DNA of 50,201 nt, counting the filler, from Sphacelaria rigidula (lineage: Eukaryota): assembly GCA_964200075.2 (NCBI GenBank). It is 3 parts of 3 records of this genome, joined end to end, with 100 filler letters (N's around TTAATTAATTAA, not from the genome) between each part and the next. Parts side by side here need not be neighbours in the genome. Positions count along the whole stretch, not along the records: positions 1 to 16,669 come from CAXNAA020001282.1; positions 16,770 to 33,436 come from CAXNAA020001283.1; 1 more part is not named here. The stretch is one strand, 5' to 3'. Of this stretch, positions 13,901-26,900 are shown piece by piece. Numbering within the stretch: the first letter of the stretch is position 1; the number at the start of each line of letters is the position of its first letter. The translations under genes were made by a program, and so were the position numbers. The notes below the pieces were generated by a model that was not told the DNA's origin, made no database searches, and worked only from the letters and a program-made list of their open reading frames with translations.

Positions 13901-15100
13901 ACCTTTTGGGGCCGCATTCCGTGTTATTACTCCATGGAGGTGTTGTTGACACCCATATTTGAATATCCTACCCTTGTCAAGATAATCACATTAGCAAACG
14001 GTGGAACGATCAAGCGGCCGGCGAGCAAGAGCGGGCAAATCATCCCACGTTTATACAGAGAAAGAGAGTGCGAGGAAATATGCCTTGATATAATAATGAC
14101 GTAATTCCACAGAGAGAGGCCAACGAAACCTCGGGAACGTGTTTGGATGGCCTGGGTAATTCCTCGATGTGTTTCAATCGATGTTCTTCAGAAAATACTT
14201 CACCATTTGCTGTGCTCGCTCATCGTTGGAATTCAGAGTAGGCAATTTTATATGAAACCTCCCAGACAAACTGTCTACTCCTCCAAAGCCACAACATATG
14301 GCCAGCCCGTCGAATGTTTCTGACACCAACAAGCAGCTGGGACATCATGCGAAACAAGTGTGCGCGATAGCTTCGATACGCAGCAATGGCCGAGGCTGGC
14401 ACTCCTGCTTACCCCCTCCAGCGACTGCTGGCAGCAGCGTGGCCGAGAGTTCAAGTCGCCAGAAACTACTACACACAAACAAACTGTTGCGCACCTGGCT
14501 TGGGTTGGCACATCTCCCCCCTTATTTAGCGTCCCGTACCGTACTGTTTGCGGCCCATGTATACTCGCATTTCGCCATCACTCCCCAAGACACGTCGTTG
14601 CTGCCCTGACCTCGAACTGGTAAAAACGTCTACTGGCGATAGGGATAGATTCCTGATTGGCAAATGACTCGCCAGTGCAATACGGTGCAATGCGATTATG
14701 TGCTAGCGCTGAGCTGTGCTACCCCTCCCGCACTGCACTCCTGTCGTAGTACTGACCTTGACCGGCGAAGCATGCATGGGCTGGATGCACTCTTTCGACT
14801 CTCCACAAGCTGCGTGGTTGATTTCGAGAATGCGTGTTGTCTGCGCAAAAATGACCAGCTAGTGGAACGCGCTTTTGGTCGGTCGTAGGGCTAGCATGTC
14901 ACTGCGTAGTTCGGAAGCGCGTAATAAACGAAAAACATCCTCAACTCGAATTCACGACAAAATTGGCACTGTGTTCCGAGCTGACGGTACCGTACAAACT
15001 GCAGGACGTGAGCCACGTCTCCATAGTGCTGGAATATCGGTGATCTATCCGTGAGAATTGAACATTCAAACTGTTCTCTGTCGCATTGGGGGAACAAAAT

Positions 15101-15450
15101 TGTGTATGTGTGTTGTCGTCCCATCTATTCTGGACGCCGGTCTACACTTTTCGGTATATATGGGCGCACCAGCCGGGGTCACACAGGAGGAACGCCAACG
15201 CAGGAGTTTCTTTTTGTTTGTTCTCAACCTTCCTTCTGAGGTGCTTGATTTTATTGTTTTTCGCGAGAAGGGTTCAGTAGTCCCTTTCCCTCGTCGACCG
15301 CCAAGTCGGATTTTGTGTACCCACGACATAGTCGCTCTCCACTGTTACCCATTGTGTGAGATAAAATCCAAGATCACTCTGAGATTCGAACCCGCCACCC
15401 AATTGTCAAAAGGTTTGGATGTTTCCAACTGAGCCACCGGGGCGACCGGC
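15101..15450 (-). mobile_element. tRNA-derived SINE
   Basis: The minus-strand 5' head GGTCGCCCCGGTGGCTCAGTTGG...GGGTTCGAATCTC carries Pol III A and B boxes. The tail is CA-rich. The 3' part recurs at 45111-45226. Confidence 0.8.
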
Positions 15451-16669
15451 CCTGCAGGTGACAGGGTGAAACACTCCACAAAAGGTCGTTCAGGTGAATG
15501 TCGGCTGAAGCTCAGGATGATCACGAAGGAGCACAGTCAAAAAAATCAAGGGCTGATGCGAATACAAGGCAAGAGCAACCGCCTCCATCATGCTCAACCT
15601 GTCGTGATGTCGGCTACCCAAGCTCTGGTGCTGTCTATAGGGGGACGTTGTCCCCTTCCCGAACAGCCTCACAGTGGCTCTGGACAGAAGGTACAGCTTT
15701 CTTCGACTCGGCTGTATGGCCACGTTTTGCGCGAGGCGCCGTATGACTAAGGGCATCAACCTCATAGATACGAGGAAGGTTGAACGGCGGCTATCTGTGT
15801 CACTGCGGGGGTCGACCGATAAGCGGGTTGAGTTTAGCGACCATACTGGCAAGATCTGCCGCTGCCTCCGCGCAGGTTTCAAGTCGTACCCTGTATATTC
15901 ACGCCCTGGACAACAGAATACACAGTCAAAAAATGTACTGCGTACAGTATCGACTATTACGCCTCATGCAACAGACAATAGATTCCATACTATACGCAGT
16001 ATATTGTTTGACAAAAGGATATGTTGTCCAGGGTGTGGTGTAATTCCCGTCAGAAAGTGAAAAGGCTTCCGAAAATCATCATTTTACCCCACGCAGCGCA
16101 CGAACGCCGTGGGTCGCCGATACTCTTGCATCACTACGCACCTGCGGCCTCAAACTACACATACGTGAAGTTTCGGCATCATGAAACGCCAGGTGCCACG
16201 TTTGGACACCTAACCTTTCAAAGGATCACATCCTTATTATTGGACAGGAAGGACTCTGGACGAAGCATCGGGATCGTCCGCTTCAGTTTTCCGAACACTT
16301 TCTTCTTCGCTTCGGCTGGAAACAGTGTAACGGCGCGACCCATTTTCAGGTGATGTACGCAAGTAAGAGCGAGCGAGCAGGTCGCGAACGCCTTCAGAGC
16401 CAAATTCGCAAGAAACCCAATTTTAGATGCTTCATACGAGCTGGGCCAGCCTAAAGACGGATGTGAGCTCTTGAAGCAATATCTCATCGACACAGACGAG
16501 TTGGGCCGTGATCCGCGTATCGTATTGATGGTCAAATCAAGGGGGAGATGCCCATCTGCTCAAAAATCTGGGTCAATAGTTTTTCGTTGATCAAACCCCA
16601 ACATAGTTATGCGTGGAGTGATGTTCGACGGGAAGATGAAGGCAGGCCGACCCGCAAGGCGCCTACAAC

Positions 16670-16769
16670 NNNNNNNNNNNNNNNNNNNNNNNNNNNNNNN
16701 NNNNNNNNNNNNNTTAATTAATTAANNNNNNNNNNNNNNNNNNNNNNNNNNNNNNNNNNNNNNNNNNNN
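16670..16769. other. Artificial contig spacer
   Basis: 44 N + TTAATTAATTAA (stops in all six frames) + 44 N. Confidence 0.98.
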
Positions 16770-16829
16770 GGCGCTGTATGGCCATTGTTTTCGGGACACT
16801 TTTAGCTGGTTTTGGGGGGGGGGCTATCG

Positions 16830-16990
16830 TAGAAAGTGTCTTTCTGTTTTTTTTTCACTTTCCTTCAGCGAGTGTTTCAGCTTGTTCTGTCCCGTTTGCT
16901 CTATCATGTGGATAATGATCATGACTGCATCCCTGGGGGATATGTTGAAGTGCGACGGCAATCGATCAATCAATCAATCAATCGATCGAT
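16830..16990 (+). mobile_element. Second LINE-type 3' end with (AATC)n tail
   Basis: TCATGTG...CATCCCTGGGGGATATGTTGAAGTGCGACGGC followed by AATC repeats, resembling 1108-1180. Confidence 0.5.
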
Positions 16991-17021
16991 TCCCGTCGTG
17001 TCTGTGGTCTGCGCCCGTTAG

Positions 17022-20000
17022 GCTGAGGTAGAAAAAGACACGGTCATCACGGGACGATACATGATCGAGTGGGACGTGGCAGGAGACACGACGGTGGACC
17101 TTCTCCACTACGCCTTACCGCACCATCAGGTAATTCTTCGACCTACCCTTGGCCTTTCTACTTCTGATGTACTCGGATAAGTAATACCACACGTCTGCTG
17201 ATCGACATGAAGCAAAAGAAGAACTTGCGTGCAGCTCATCAACTTTGCGTAAACGTATATTTACTTGATCTAGACGCACAGTTCCTGTTTCCCCTCTTCT
17301 AATGGAACACGCAAACCAAGATCAATTTTTACGGCGTCGTGCACCATGCAGGTAAACACGGAGACATAACTGGTATTGACCTCGTATCGCCCTTCCAATT
17401 CAGCGTAGATGTTCATCCAACGCTTTCTTACACCGACCAAACTGCTGTTCCATTGCTTTGTGCGCAGGATTTGTTGGCGTCAGCTCACAAGACGAATATC
17501 TACCTGAGCAGCCCAACCAAGGGTGACATGATGCTCGTAAAATCCAGCACTTGGGAGTTCTACGAGAACGATATGACGGATATGGACTTCCTTCCATCGG
17601 CGACAGCAGTCACGAATGATTTAGAACTGTAAGTATATCAAGAGTCAAGTTATTCAGCACAGTGTCACGGACTAGTCACGCATGCTGGTAGCTATCGTAG
17701 ACGTGATCCGGTTCCCTGCATTTCGTCAGGTACACCGTCCCCGAAATCGCGCTCTCAACCCTTAGCTCCTTGGACCAGATGCAAGGAATGTTCCTGACGA
17801 ACGCAATCGATCGGAAAGTGGAATCCTCCCACGCGAATTTCCACGTGCGTCCATTCGTCCGAATTCTAGGTATCAGATTCCGCGTATGTTTGCAGATTTA
17901 TCATGATGTTGGTCCTATGACACTGAAGACCGCCCGCTGAGCAAGACAAATTATCCTGAAAGCTCATTCAGCCGCGGCGGAGGTTTACTCATATTCCAGG
18001 CGCGCAGTTTGAACATGAACGCTCATGGGCATTTCAACTCTAGTTTTGTTAGGAGGAGATAAGAGTTGTGTTTCATATCTTTTTACGGACTCGTCGACTC
18101 GACCCGCGTGTTTTTGATCAGCGAACGATCTCTAAGTTAACCTTGCGTGCCTTGCTGCGTGTTGCATCGGCTGCGACTTGCCATGGGTGCAGCGAGTGGG
18201 TCACCTACTACCTAGAACGAGAGATATCGGCAACACTGGACAACTATGCTGGATCGAGTGTGTACTTTGGGGGCAAGAACCTCATGGCATACGCACAGCT
18301 CTGCCTGATTGCGGACGAGCTCAACATGTGAGAGTCTAGTTTCCGCTTGTTATCGGTGTGATTATCTTCTGTTCAACTCTTTAACTACGATGATATTCGT
18401 GGATATTCACCACAGGAGCATCTGCTCAGTCACTCGATGTAAACACAAAGGTATCGTGGCTTCATGTGCTCAAAGTGACTAGGTGCACGTGAAAATTACG
18501 AATCTGTGTGAATGACGACAATTATCAAGATTACCAGGAAAAATGGAAAAACATCGAATAGCATTATTTATGCACTCGTTCAAGTGGCAACGCGACGCAA
18601 GTGGTTCTCGTTGCTATGACGCATTTTTTTTGTCCACATTGGTGTCTGGACCCTCGTGTGGCAACCATAAACCCGTGCATGGTGGCTTTACGTAGAGGCC
18701 TGGCTTGAATGTGCAACCGATATCCAAGTTGCTGCCTCTTCATCTTGATAACACGAAACGCCGGTTTTCACTTCAATACTTATTTTCAGCTGGAAATGGA
18801 TTTGTAAAGCCGCCCTTTGTCCACTACGAATCACGGTCATGAGCATCCTCACTTTTTTCGCTGTGTACGTCGTTTTCAAAGATACCTGCGTCGATTCCTC
18901 TTTGATCGTTCGGACGCGTTTGATTTGAACCTCGAAGGAGCGACTTGACGGAGACGTGCCTGGATCAAGTAGAGTCTGCCTTCTCCGAGTATGTGGAGGG
19001 AATAAACGGTAACCCGCTCGTCATAGACACGGTGAGGCTATTGATGCAGGAACACAAGATAACACCATTCGGATGGTGTGCGGTATAGTCAGGATCGAGG
19101 GTCGACGGTGTTTCCATATGGTGTGGCAAAGCGGCAGTGCTGCAGGCTGACAAACATAGCTGTTGAGCAATTCAAGCCGGTCTGTCTCCCACAAATTCTA
19201 GTGTCATACACAAGAGCGCACGTGGCTGTTCCTGCAGTTGTTCAAAACGTGCAGTGTCACCTTCTCTTTCACGTTCTCAGTGCCTTGCAATTGACGTACC
19301 ACCGAAGAAGATTCATTGCCGCCGAACCGGTAATTCAGAGACGCTTGGGATATTTCGAGTATTTATCTGCATGGTTCATGGCAAAAACGAATGAGCGTGC
19401 CGATTTGGGAACGTTACTACACGACTTCGGTGATCGAACTGGGTCTCCCCGACATAAATCGGGTCCGCTCAAGGCTAGACCTTCATATCTTTTCCAAAAT
19501 ATTCGCGCTTGAGGGCTCGTCCTCTCTCCACAATGCGCAGCGAAGAACGTGTTTGTACTATAATACAACAACTAGTCTCTATCAACGACACGGTCGGCTG
19601 AGGATACTGTTGTGGTCGTTATTTCATCTGCTACAAGAGTGTTGTATCGAGTGCCAGTGCTTGCTTCAGGAGTAACACCACGAACCTTATCCTATCCCTT
19701 TTTTCAGACCTGGGGAGGCTTGATCGGATCTGCCGGCCTGGAGGAGGACAACGGCGGTGCAGACTTTTATGCAGTATACTACAACGACCACGTGAGTATG
19801 ATGAGTGCCCCGGGCACATGACACAAATTTCACAACCACATTGATGGATGAAATTGACGAATTTAGCTTGCAATGGTGCACGTTTCATTTTAGGATGGCG
19901 GTGACCCTAAATGCCAACCCTGGCACAAACTCGTGTGGAATATATGCTGTATCATCAACCCAACTGGGTTGTCGTATATGGTCCGTGGGACCACCTGATA

Positions 20001-23000
20001 GCTCAAGACTTACATTATGTGACTTATGTAGAATGCAAAACAACACCTTGACTGTTCTGCGGAAACATCTTTCTATGCCCTCGTGCGCTTCTCTTCAGCA
20101 CTTCCACTACTCGTACTTGGTGAATGCGGCGGCTGTGCTTGCCAAAATGAGACCGGCATGGGCTACGGGCGACAACAAAGACTTCGTGGAAACGCTCATT
20201 CGTGACGTCAACTCCCCTTCAACGGTAAGCAGTATATTCAAGCGGCATATATTCTCTTACGAGGTTGCAGCTTGGTAGCATAACACTACCATGAGGCGAC
20301 AAGTTTCGGCGTGGACCGAAGTGTGGCATATATATCTTGCTCAACATTTTGGCCCCGCTTCTCGATTTGGATGCAATATTTACCGTAGTCTAGATCGTAA
20401 ACCCTACGAGCTAAACATTGGGAGTCGAACTCACGAACTATGAATGCCCCGACACTAGTGGACACAATGTAAAGACGGATGATCATGGTGCTGCCACAGC
20501 CATACCGCCGTCCGTACTCCCACACCGAAGAGCGTGCGCATTCACTTTCATATCCACTTGCGTTCGTTTGCAACTGATCGGTGATCGCATGGCATCCCGG
20601 GCGAAGAATGACGACCACTTCCCTGCATTCCGGAGTTTTGATTGGTTCAGCGGCCACAGCTGGGCCAGGGGGTTACTGTTTGCGTTCGACGGAAAAGATC
20701 AGGTACAGCTGTCGGGGGCTAGGAGCACAGTAGGTTGGGTTTAACCCATCATCAAATTTGACATGTTTGGATTTCGCTACTTTGTCTCGCCTCCCTCTCA
20801 ACATTGCTGTACCGAATTCGGTGATGGAATCAATGTTTTTTACATGCTACGGGGGGGGGGGTAGTCGAAACTGCCCATCTCATTTATCTGAAGCCTGGTG
20901 AATGACTGGAGCAGCCTGATGTGGCCCAGCGCACCGAGGTCTCGTGACACTGACACGTAGTACAAGCTTTCGCACCCTCGACCACGATGAGAAGTAATCG
21001 TCGGATTGATGATCTAGCAAAGCATGATAGACCGCTCTGCCCCCGCTAACCGCCGATCTAACTGGTACTGTACACCAATAGCCACTAGCCAGCTGGGGCG
21101 GAAGGTTGCGAGTTCAAATCCCGATAAAAACGTTCTTTTCGAGCAGAATCTTGTTTCTGTAGTTGAAAGCGTGACGTTGCGAGTAGTAAGGAACAGTCAG
21201 CGACAACTTACTGATGCAGTCCACGATAGCTAAATGTCAGACGGATACCAGGGGAGATATGTGTCGGTCCTTAGACTGAGAACTCGCCCCAAGAGCGGGG
21301 AGGGACAAAAAGGATGGCCATGAATGACACCAGAAACGATGGTGATGTTTGGGTGTTGTGTTTTGGCAGTCAAGCTCATGTTCAATCGACGCTCTGGTTG
21401 TGCCACATTGTCATTATCTTCGGATGGTGTGTCATGGTGAAAATACTATGTGATGCTGCGAAGTAGCAATACGGCTTTTGTTCACAGATATTTCCTCCTT
21501 TTTGGTGTGACAGGAGTCGACATCGGAGGACGTGAACTTTTACTACGCCATGACCATGTGGGCCATCGCCACGGGTAACTCAAAGCTGGAAGGGTTGGGC
21601 AGGTTGCAGACGGCCATGGTAGCCCGTTCTATCCAACGCTACTTCTTGCTCAAGGACGACAATGATGTCCACCCTCCAGACTTCGTCAGAAACAAGGTTT
21701 GTGCAAAATAACGCTCGGATGCTTCGTTCTGTTTCCTGCACTTCTCACGAAGAATCGTATGTCCATCAAGTGTCATTTGTGGCGGTGAAGAGATCTTACA
21801 AGTCGGTTTGTCGGAGACAGACCGATCCTGGAATAATGGGGAAAATGCCTCAGTAGTTCTCAGTTGATCTAGCCTAGGCTGTTTATAGTCGACTGATGCC
21901 GAGACACGCCCTATTCAGTTTTTCAGTGGTTGCACCTCGCACCTGGCATCTCTCTGCACATATTGATCAGGTTACGGGAATATTCTTTGAGAGCAAGATC
22001 GACTACACCACTTGGTTCGGAGACAACGTTGAATACATCCACGGAATCCAGGTGCGAAAAGGGATGCGTATGTCTCCATCGTCTAGGGTTACACGGTGAA
22101 TGCAATTGCGCGGTAGCATTCATGGGGATACTACCGAATATTGAACAAGCCTATCCGACGATATTGGAACGCCATGGAGTGTCGATCATACCCGTGGTAG
22201 AATATTCCTTTTTCAATACTCTATTTTTGGAACAGTTGTTGGCGATTTGCCCAATAAAACAGTTATAGAAACACCGTGAGTGCGTCAAATTGTTGCGCGC
22301 CCTGTATCTAAACTCTTTTATACAAAGGTGAGCCATATCTGTCTCTGATAGCATGCTTCAATAATTTTACGAGGGCCAAAACTGTCGATCAAGGTGTTGG
22401 CCACTACGCGCTCGAACGGGCAAGCATCTACCGTGAGCACTGATTGCCCGTATCGATGGTGTAGAGCATGACAATAAATATCGAGCGCAATGATTTTCAC
22501 GGGACTTTACTGTACCAATTCCCAAGAGCGACAACCAAGGTGTTTTGAGTCCGTATACTTGAAGGGTAAGACCACTATAGGTAGCCACGGCGGCTGTGTC
22601 CAGATCTTTTTCTTGCTCCAGTCGGTGTCACCCTCGACCAGTACCAAGCGCCATCGTGGGCGAGTACCTGATTTACCCAAATGTTGTCGCACTTAACGGT
22701 CTCTCTCCGTGCTGCTGTACTCATCGCATACAACACCTACAGAACATCCCGGTGACGGCCATCACCGAGTACGTTCGCGACCCTCAATTCTGCAAGGAGG
22801 AGTGGGACCAGGTGCGATGTTCTGCGATGTGTAATGCACCGTTACCTTTGAGCGTAATCACATTCGTCCATCCGACGTCTCCGAAGAGGAACCGAGCTCA
22901 ACGTGGCAATTGTTGTGGCATACACTCGAATGGATGCCCATCCAGGTCGCAGCGATGCCTATTTGTCTCTCAGTCTCTCAGAGGGAGGGTTGATGTCTGG

Positions 23001-23992
23001 AACGCTCGTGATCCGTTTGCGTGCATGTGTACGTCAGCCTAATTTTGTTGAGCTAAACACGAGCGAGTGTTAATCATATAAGCAGGTCCCCGTTTACAAA
23101 ATGAACCCTGGGACGTTCGAAATTTTGGGAGGATTCCGGGGGGATGTATCGCCTTTACGCTCTGAGCTTGTGGCATCTCTCCGCTTTTCTTGATATTTTG
23201 TATTAAGGTTCAATAGACTAGAGAGAAAGACCTGCTTGAATTCTTGAGGGATAACTCAAACGTTTCCAATGCCATGATCTCAAGCAGGCCGACGTCGCAT
23301 GCGCTCCTTTCCAAGTGTCGTGTAATCCTCGATGGCTTGGTACTGAAAGTGGAAACGAAGGGAGACTGACATTTTCCCAACACGTTATCATGAAATGTTT
23401 TGACAGAGACTTGCGGGAGTGGTTGGCGAGACATCAGGCTCCTGGACGACTGTCCTGTACATGAGTTTCGCTACCATGGAGCGTCACTTGGCCTTCCAAC
23501 AGATGCTGTGAGTTCACAATGTGCTGTTACGCCACGGATACTCTCGGGGAGGCGATTGGCCTCGTCGCATTACTGTCCAACATTGTTCCGCTGTTGTTCG
23601 CCATGATAGCATCCTATGCAATGTGCACTGCAGCCAACGGATACTGGCGACGACTCCGTTGGTATCGCCCGTTGAATTTTGTCCTACTTCTGTCCTGCTC
23701 TTGCTCGTCGGCTTCCCACGCCTGCCGTGCCGCACGCTAAGTTACATCTATCGTTGTGCATACTATTTTGCGACAATCTCGGTCGCCAAACACTGTTCCT
23801 TGCTGCAGGTGCCTCGCACTTGCTTCCCGTTGTTCTCTCACTCTTTTCCTGGCTCATGCATTCGTGCCCGACTTTGTTCTGAACGTCGGATTCTATAGCA
23901 CGAGTGGAGTGGACGACGGACTGTCCCGGGCGTGGGCGCTTTACTGGGCGGCAACCCGACCGGACTGCGATGAGTACTGCCCTCATGTGGAG
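17022..23992 (+). other. GH81 region of the above gene (12 exons, including the catalytic barrel)
   Basis: The NDHHFHY motif is split across exons 19708-19791 and 20099-20224. The catalytic Q-ESTSE motif is split across exons 20607-20702 and 21514-21696. The catalytic residues are intact. Confidence 0.92.
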
Positions 23993-26900
23993 GTATCGAT
24001 AACTACGCCACCGACATTTCTTGGAATCGGAAGACCTTCACCATATTAGGTTACACCCTACCGGCATCACACACTATAGGAGAGCGACGTGAATGGGACA
24101 GACACATTTAGACCACTCACTCATTCACGCACTCGATACGTGCTATTTGTTAAGGGATTTTTTCTGATGAAATCTATACCCAATCTGTATTTCGTGGCTG
24201 GGTGAAACGCGAATGAAAGCAATGGCGCTCGCAACCCCCGACAAGCACTCACTCCCTCGACGAAGCTGCACTGTGCGCACAAAAAGGATATTACAAGGTT
24301 TCAAATAACCACCTCCCTCGTGACGAAACGTCAAAACAGGTCGACCTCGAGAACGTCCCACTTCCAACCCCTGCGCCAACTGTCCCTACTGGTGGATTCG
24401 GAGGAGAAGCGAGCATCCCGGGGCTTATTCAAGCGGAAGAGTACGACTACGGCGGGAACGGCGTTGGCTATGGGGACACAACTCCAGGAAACAGCGGCGG
24501 GGTAAGTTCGACTGTGGAGCCAGCATGCAAACTCTTACAACTACCGTGCCAGGGCTCTTGCACTGTATTATATCGCATGGCCAGGAAATAGGTACTCAGC
24601 GTACAACAAACGTAGTGTGGTGGTTTTCGTACGCTTTGCCGCTTTGCCAGGTCGGCACACGCACTAGCCCAGTGATGTAGGGATTGCTTCTTTTCATGGC
24701 TTTTACAGCTAAAAAAATCGCGATATAGTTGACCCCTGGTGTTGCAGACGATATTTTGACATGGAATCGTGCCGACCGCGATGTGGCAGGCTGTTGTGCG
24801 TTTCGGGGGCTTTGATTAGGCACGTAGGGTCTGACATTCAGCGCCGGCAACAACATTGCTCAACGGTAAACCTTTGAAATTCTCTCTGTATTTCAGTTCA
24901 AGTGCTCTGTATTCCCGTTCAAGTGAACCCTTGATCACAAGGCCGCAAGTTGCGAAACCACTCAAAACTAGGACGAAATATTGATCCGCCATCCCGTGTC
25001 TTGATGATGATTCACGTCGTTATTCGACGTGGATAGTTGAGAATAAACAACCGCGGGTGCTGCCGACCCGTTAAAGGGTAAATCGCCGGATCGAGGCAAC
25101 GTTAATCCTGCTGCCATGAAAACCGAAACTGCTGACTCGTCGCTTTACCACACCACACGTGTGCCGAGAAACGACCAAAGAGCGAACATTTCCAGCCGAC
25201 CAAAAGGCAGCCGCAGCGAATCCAGATCGGCCGAGCAACGTGGTGTTGTTTCATCGTGTATGCCATCGTCGCACAATGAGTTCTTTCGACCTCGTGGCCT
25301 CTTTTTCTTGTTTTTGTTATTTCTCGTATCGCGGCAGTTCTTCCGAACGGACGACGTTGACGTGAACGAAATTGAAACCGGTCTCTTCTACGTGGGCTGG
25401 ACAGAACCTACGGAGTATCTGCGGTACAGCGTGGATGTTGCCATCGACGGTAAATGACAGCCTTTGATCCTTGAAACGGCAAAGTATCAGTACCGAGTAT
25501 GTATACGTTTCATGCATACGGGACGGGGAACGGTGACAGAGTGTACAACTGAGTTGCGACGATACCGTGTTCAAGATGACCACGGGGACGGCGAATTTTT
25601 CGACAGCAGTTGAATTTAGATTTCACATGTGCAAAATTCCACAATAAGGAAGGGCACTGGCCCAGCTGTACCACGTGATAGCACTTTATCCGGGCGCATC
25701 CATATTCTCCCCATGACTACAATTGTTTCGCATGCGATCTAGCGCCAACTTTGCAGCAGGGGGACGCTGCAGTGTCACGGCTGATCGAGCGCGACCTTCT
25801 CCTTTTTTGCCGACGCAGGAGGCACGTACATCTTCGACTTCAGCGTGGCGTCTCCCGGGGTGTCGCCTCCCGGATCTTTCAGGGTAGTCGCCGGCGGTAC
25901 TGACTGCACAGATTACGATACGGATCTGACTGGTTTGGTCGAGGTCCCGTTCACTGGCGGCTGGCGCGAGTTTGCGACAATGTCAATGTAAGAACTGGGT
26001 GACGTACGGGCCGATGAAAATTGGCTCTCTGAGGTTTGGTCCGCAGCGAGCAGAAGGCAGTGATGGGACGAACGCATGAACCGCGCACAACTATCCCACG
26101 ACGAACGACCAGTATGCGTATTTTGCATGCGTTGCTAACGGCGATGGCGTGTACTCATCAGCGACTGGGGTACACCGAGCATGTGGTTGAGGTTCAAGCC
26201 AGCAGCGGCATAAAGATCCATGCCCTTTAGCTGCCTCATCTGCACGCGTTCCTAGTTGTTCCTTTACGTGAAGCGGAAAGTACGTCGTGCGACTACACTC
26301 ACATGCGTAAGCACATGTTCGTGTTGATCGATATTCTACCTCCCCAGCGTTACAAAAAGGACACCGCCCATAACACTGCCACTCTCGCTTTTCTCGCAAC
26401 ATATCATCAGGCCCGGACGGGAAGGGGCGAGCCTAGCAGCAGGTCCTGCGCACCTGTTCATATGTATCGAATCCTCAGGCTTCAACATCGACTCCTTCTC
26501 TATGAACGCCGTTTTGACGCCGACCCCTACGCCAGTGGATCAGCTGGAGGGTGGGTTTGAAGGAGGTGTCGAAATTCCCGGCAAAATCGAAGCGGAAAAG
26601 TTCGATTACGGGGGCCCTGGTGTCGCTTATAGCGATGTGGACAGCGGTAACAATGGCGGGGTGAGTGTACACGGTGTATCGCCGAACACGCAGCTTACTA
26701 GTCTCTTGACAGTGGTGTTTCGAACGGTAGATGGAGCGCTCGCCTATGCGCTTGAAACCTCAAGCCTTTCCGGGAAACTCCATTTATTGGTATATGCGAT
26801 ACTACCTTCACACAGATATCAATACGAACGGAACATTAGTGGGAGCCAGCGCGGATAACAAGGGTTTTGGCGTTGCTTCTTCTCCCTATTTATCTGTGTG

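Noticed and set aside
12820-16669. Search for the missing N-terminal GH81 exons
   Set aside because: No GH81 N-terminal motifs were found, and this is a different, unlinked contig.
16714-16725. TTAATTAATTAA as a piggyBac site or regulatory motif
   Set aside because: It is an artificial linker centred in N runs and repeated identically at 33481-33492.
21080-21130. B-box-like GAGTTCAAATCC, possible tRNA gene
   Set aside because: No cloverleaf or A box could be built; at most a SINE relic.
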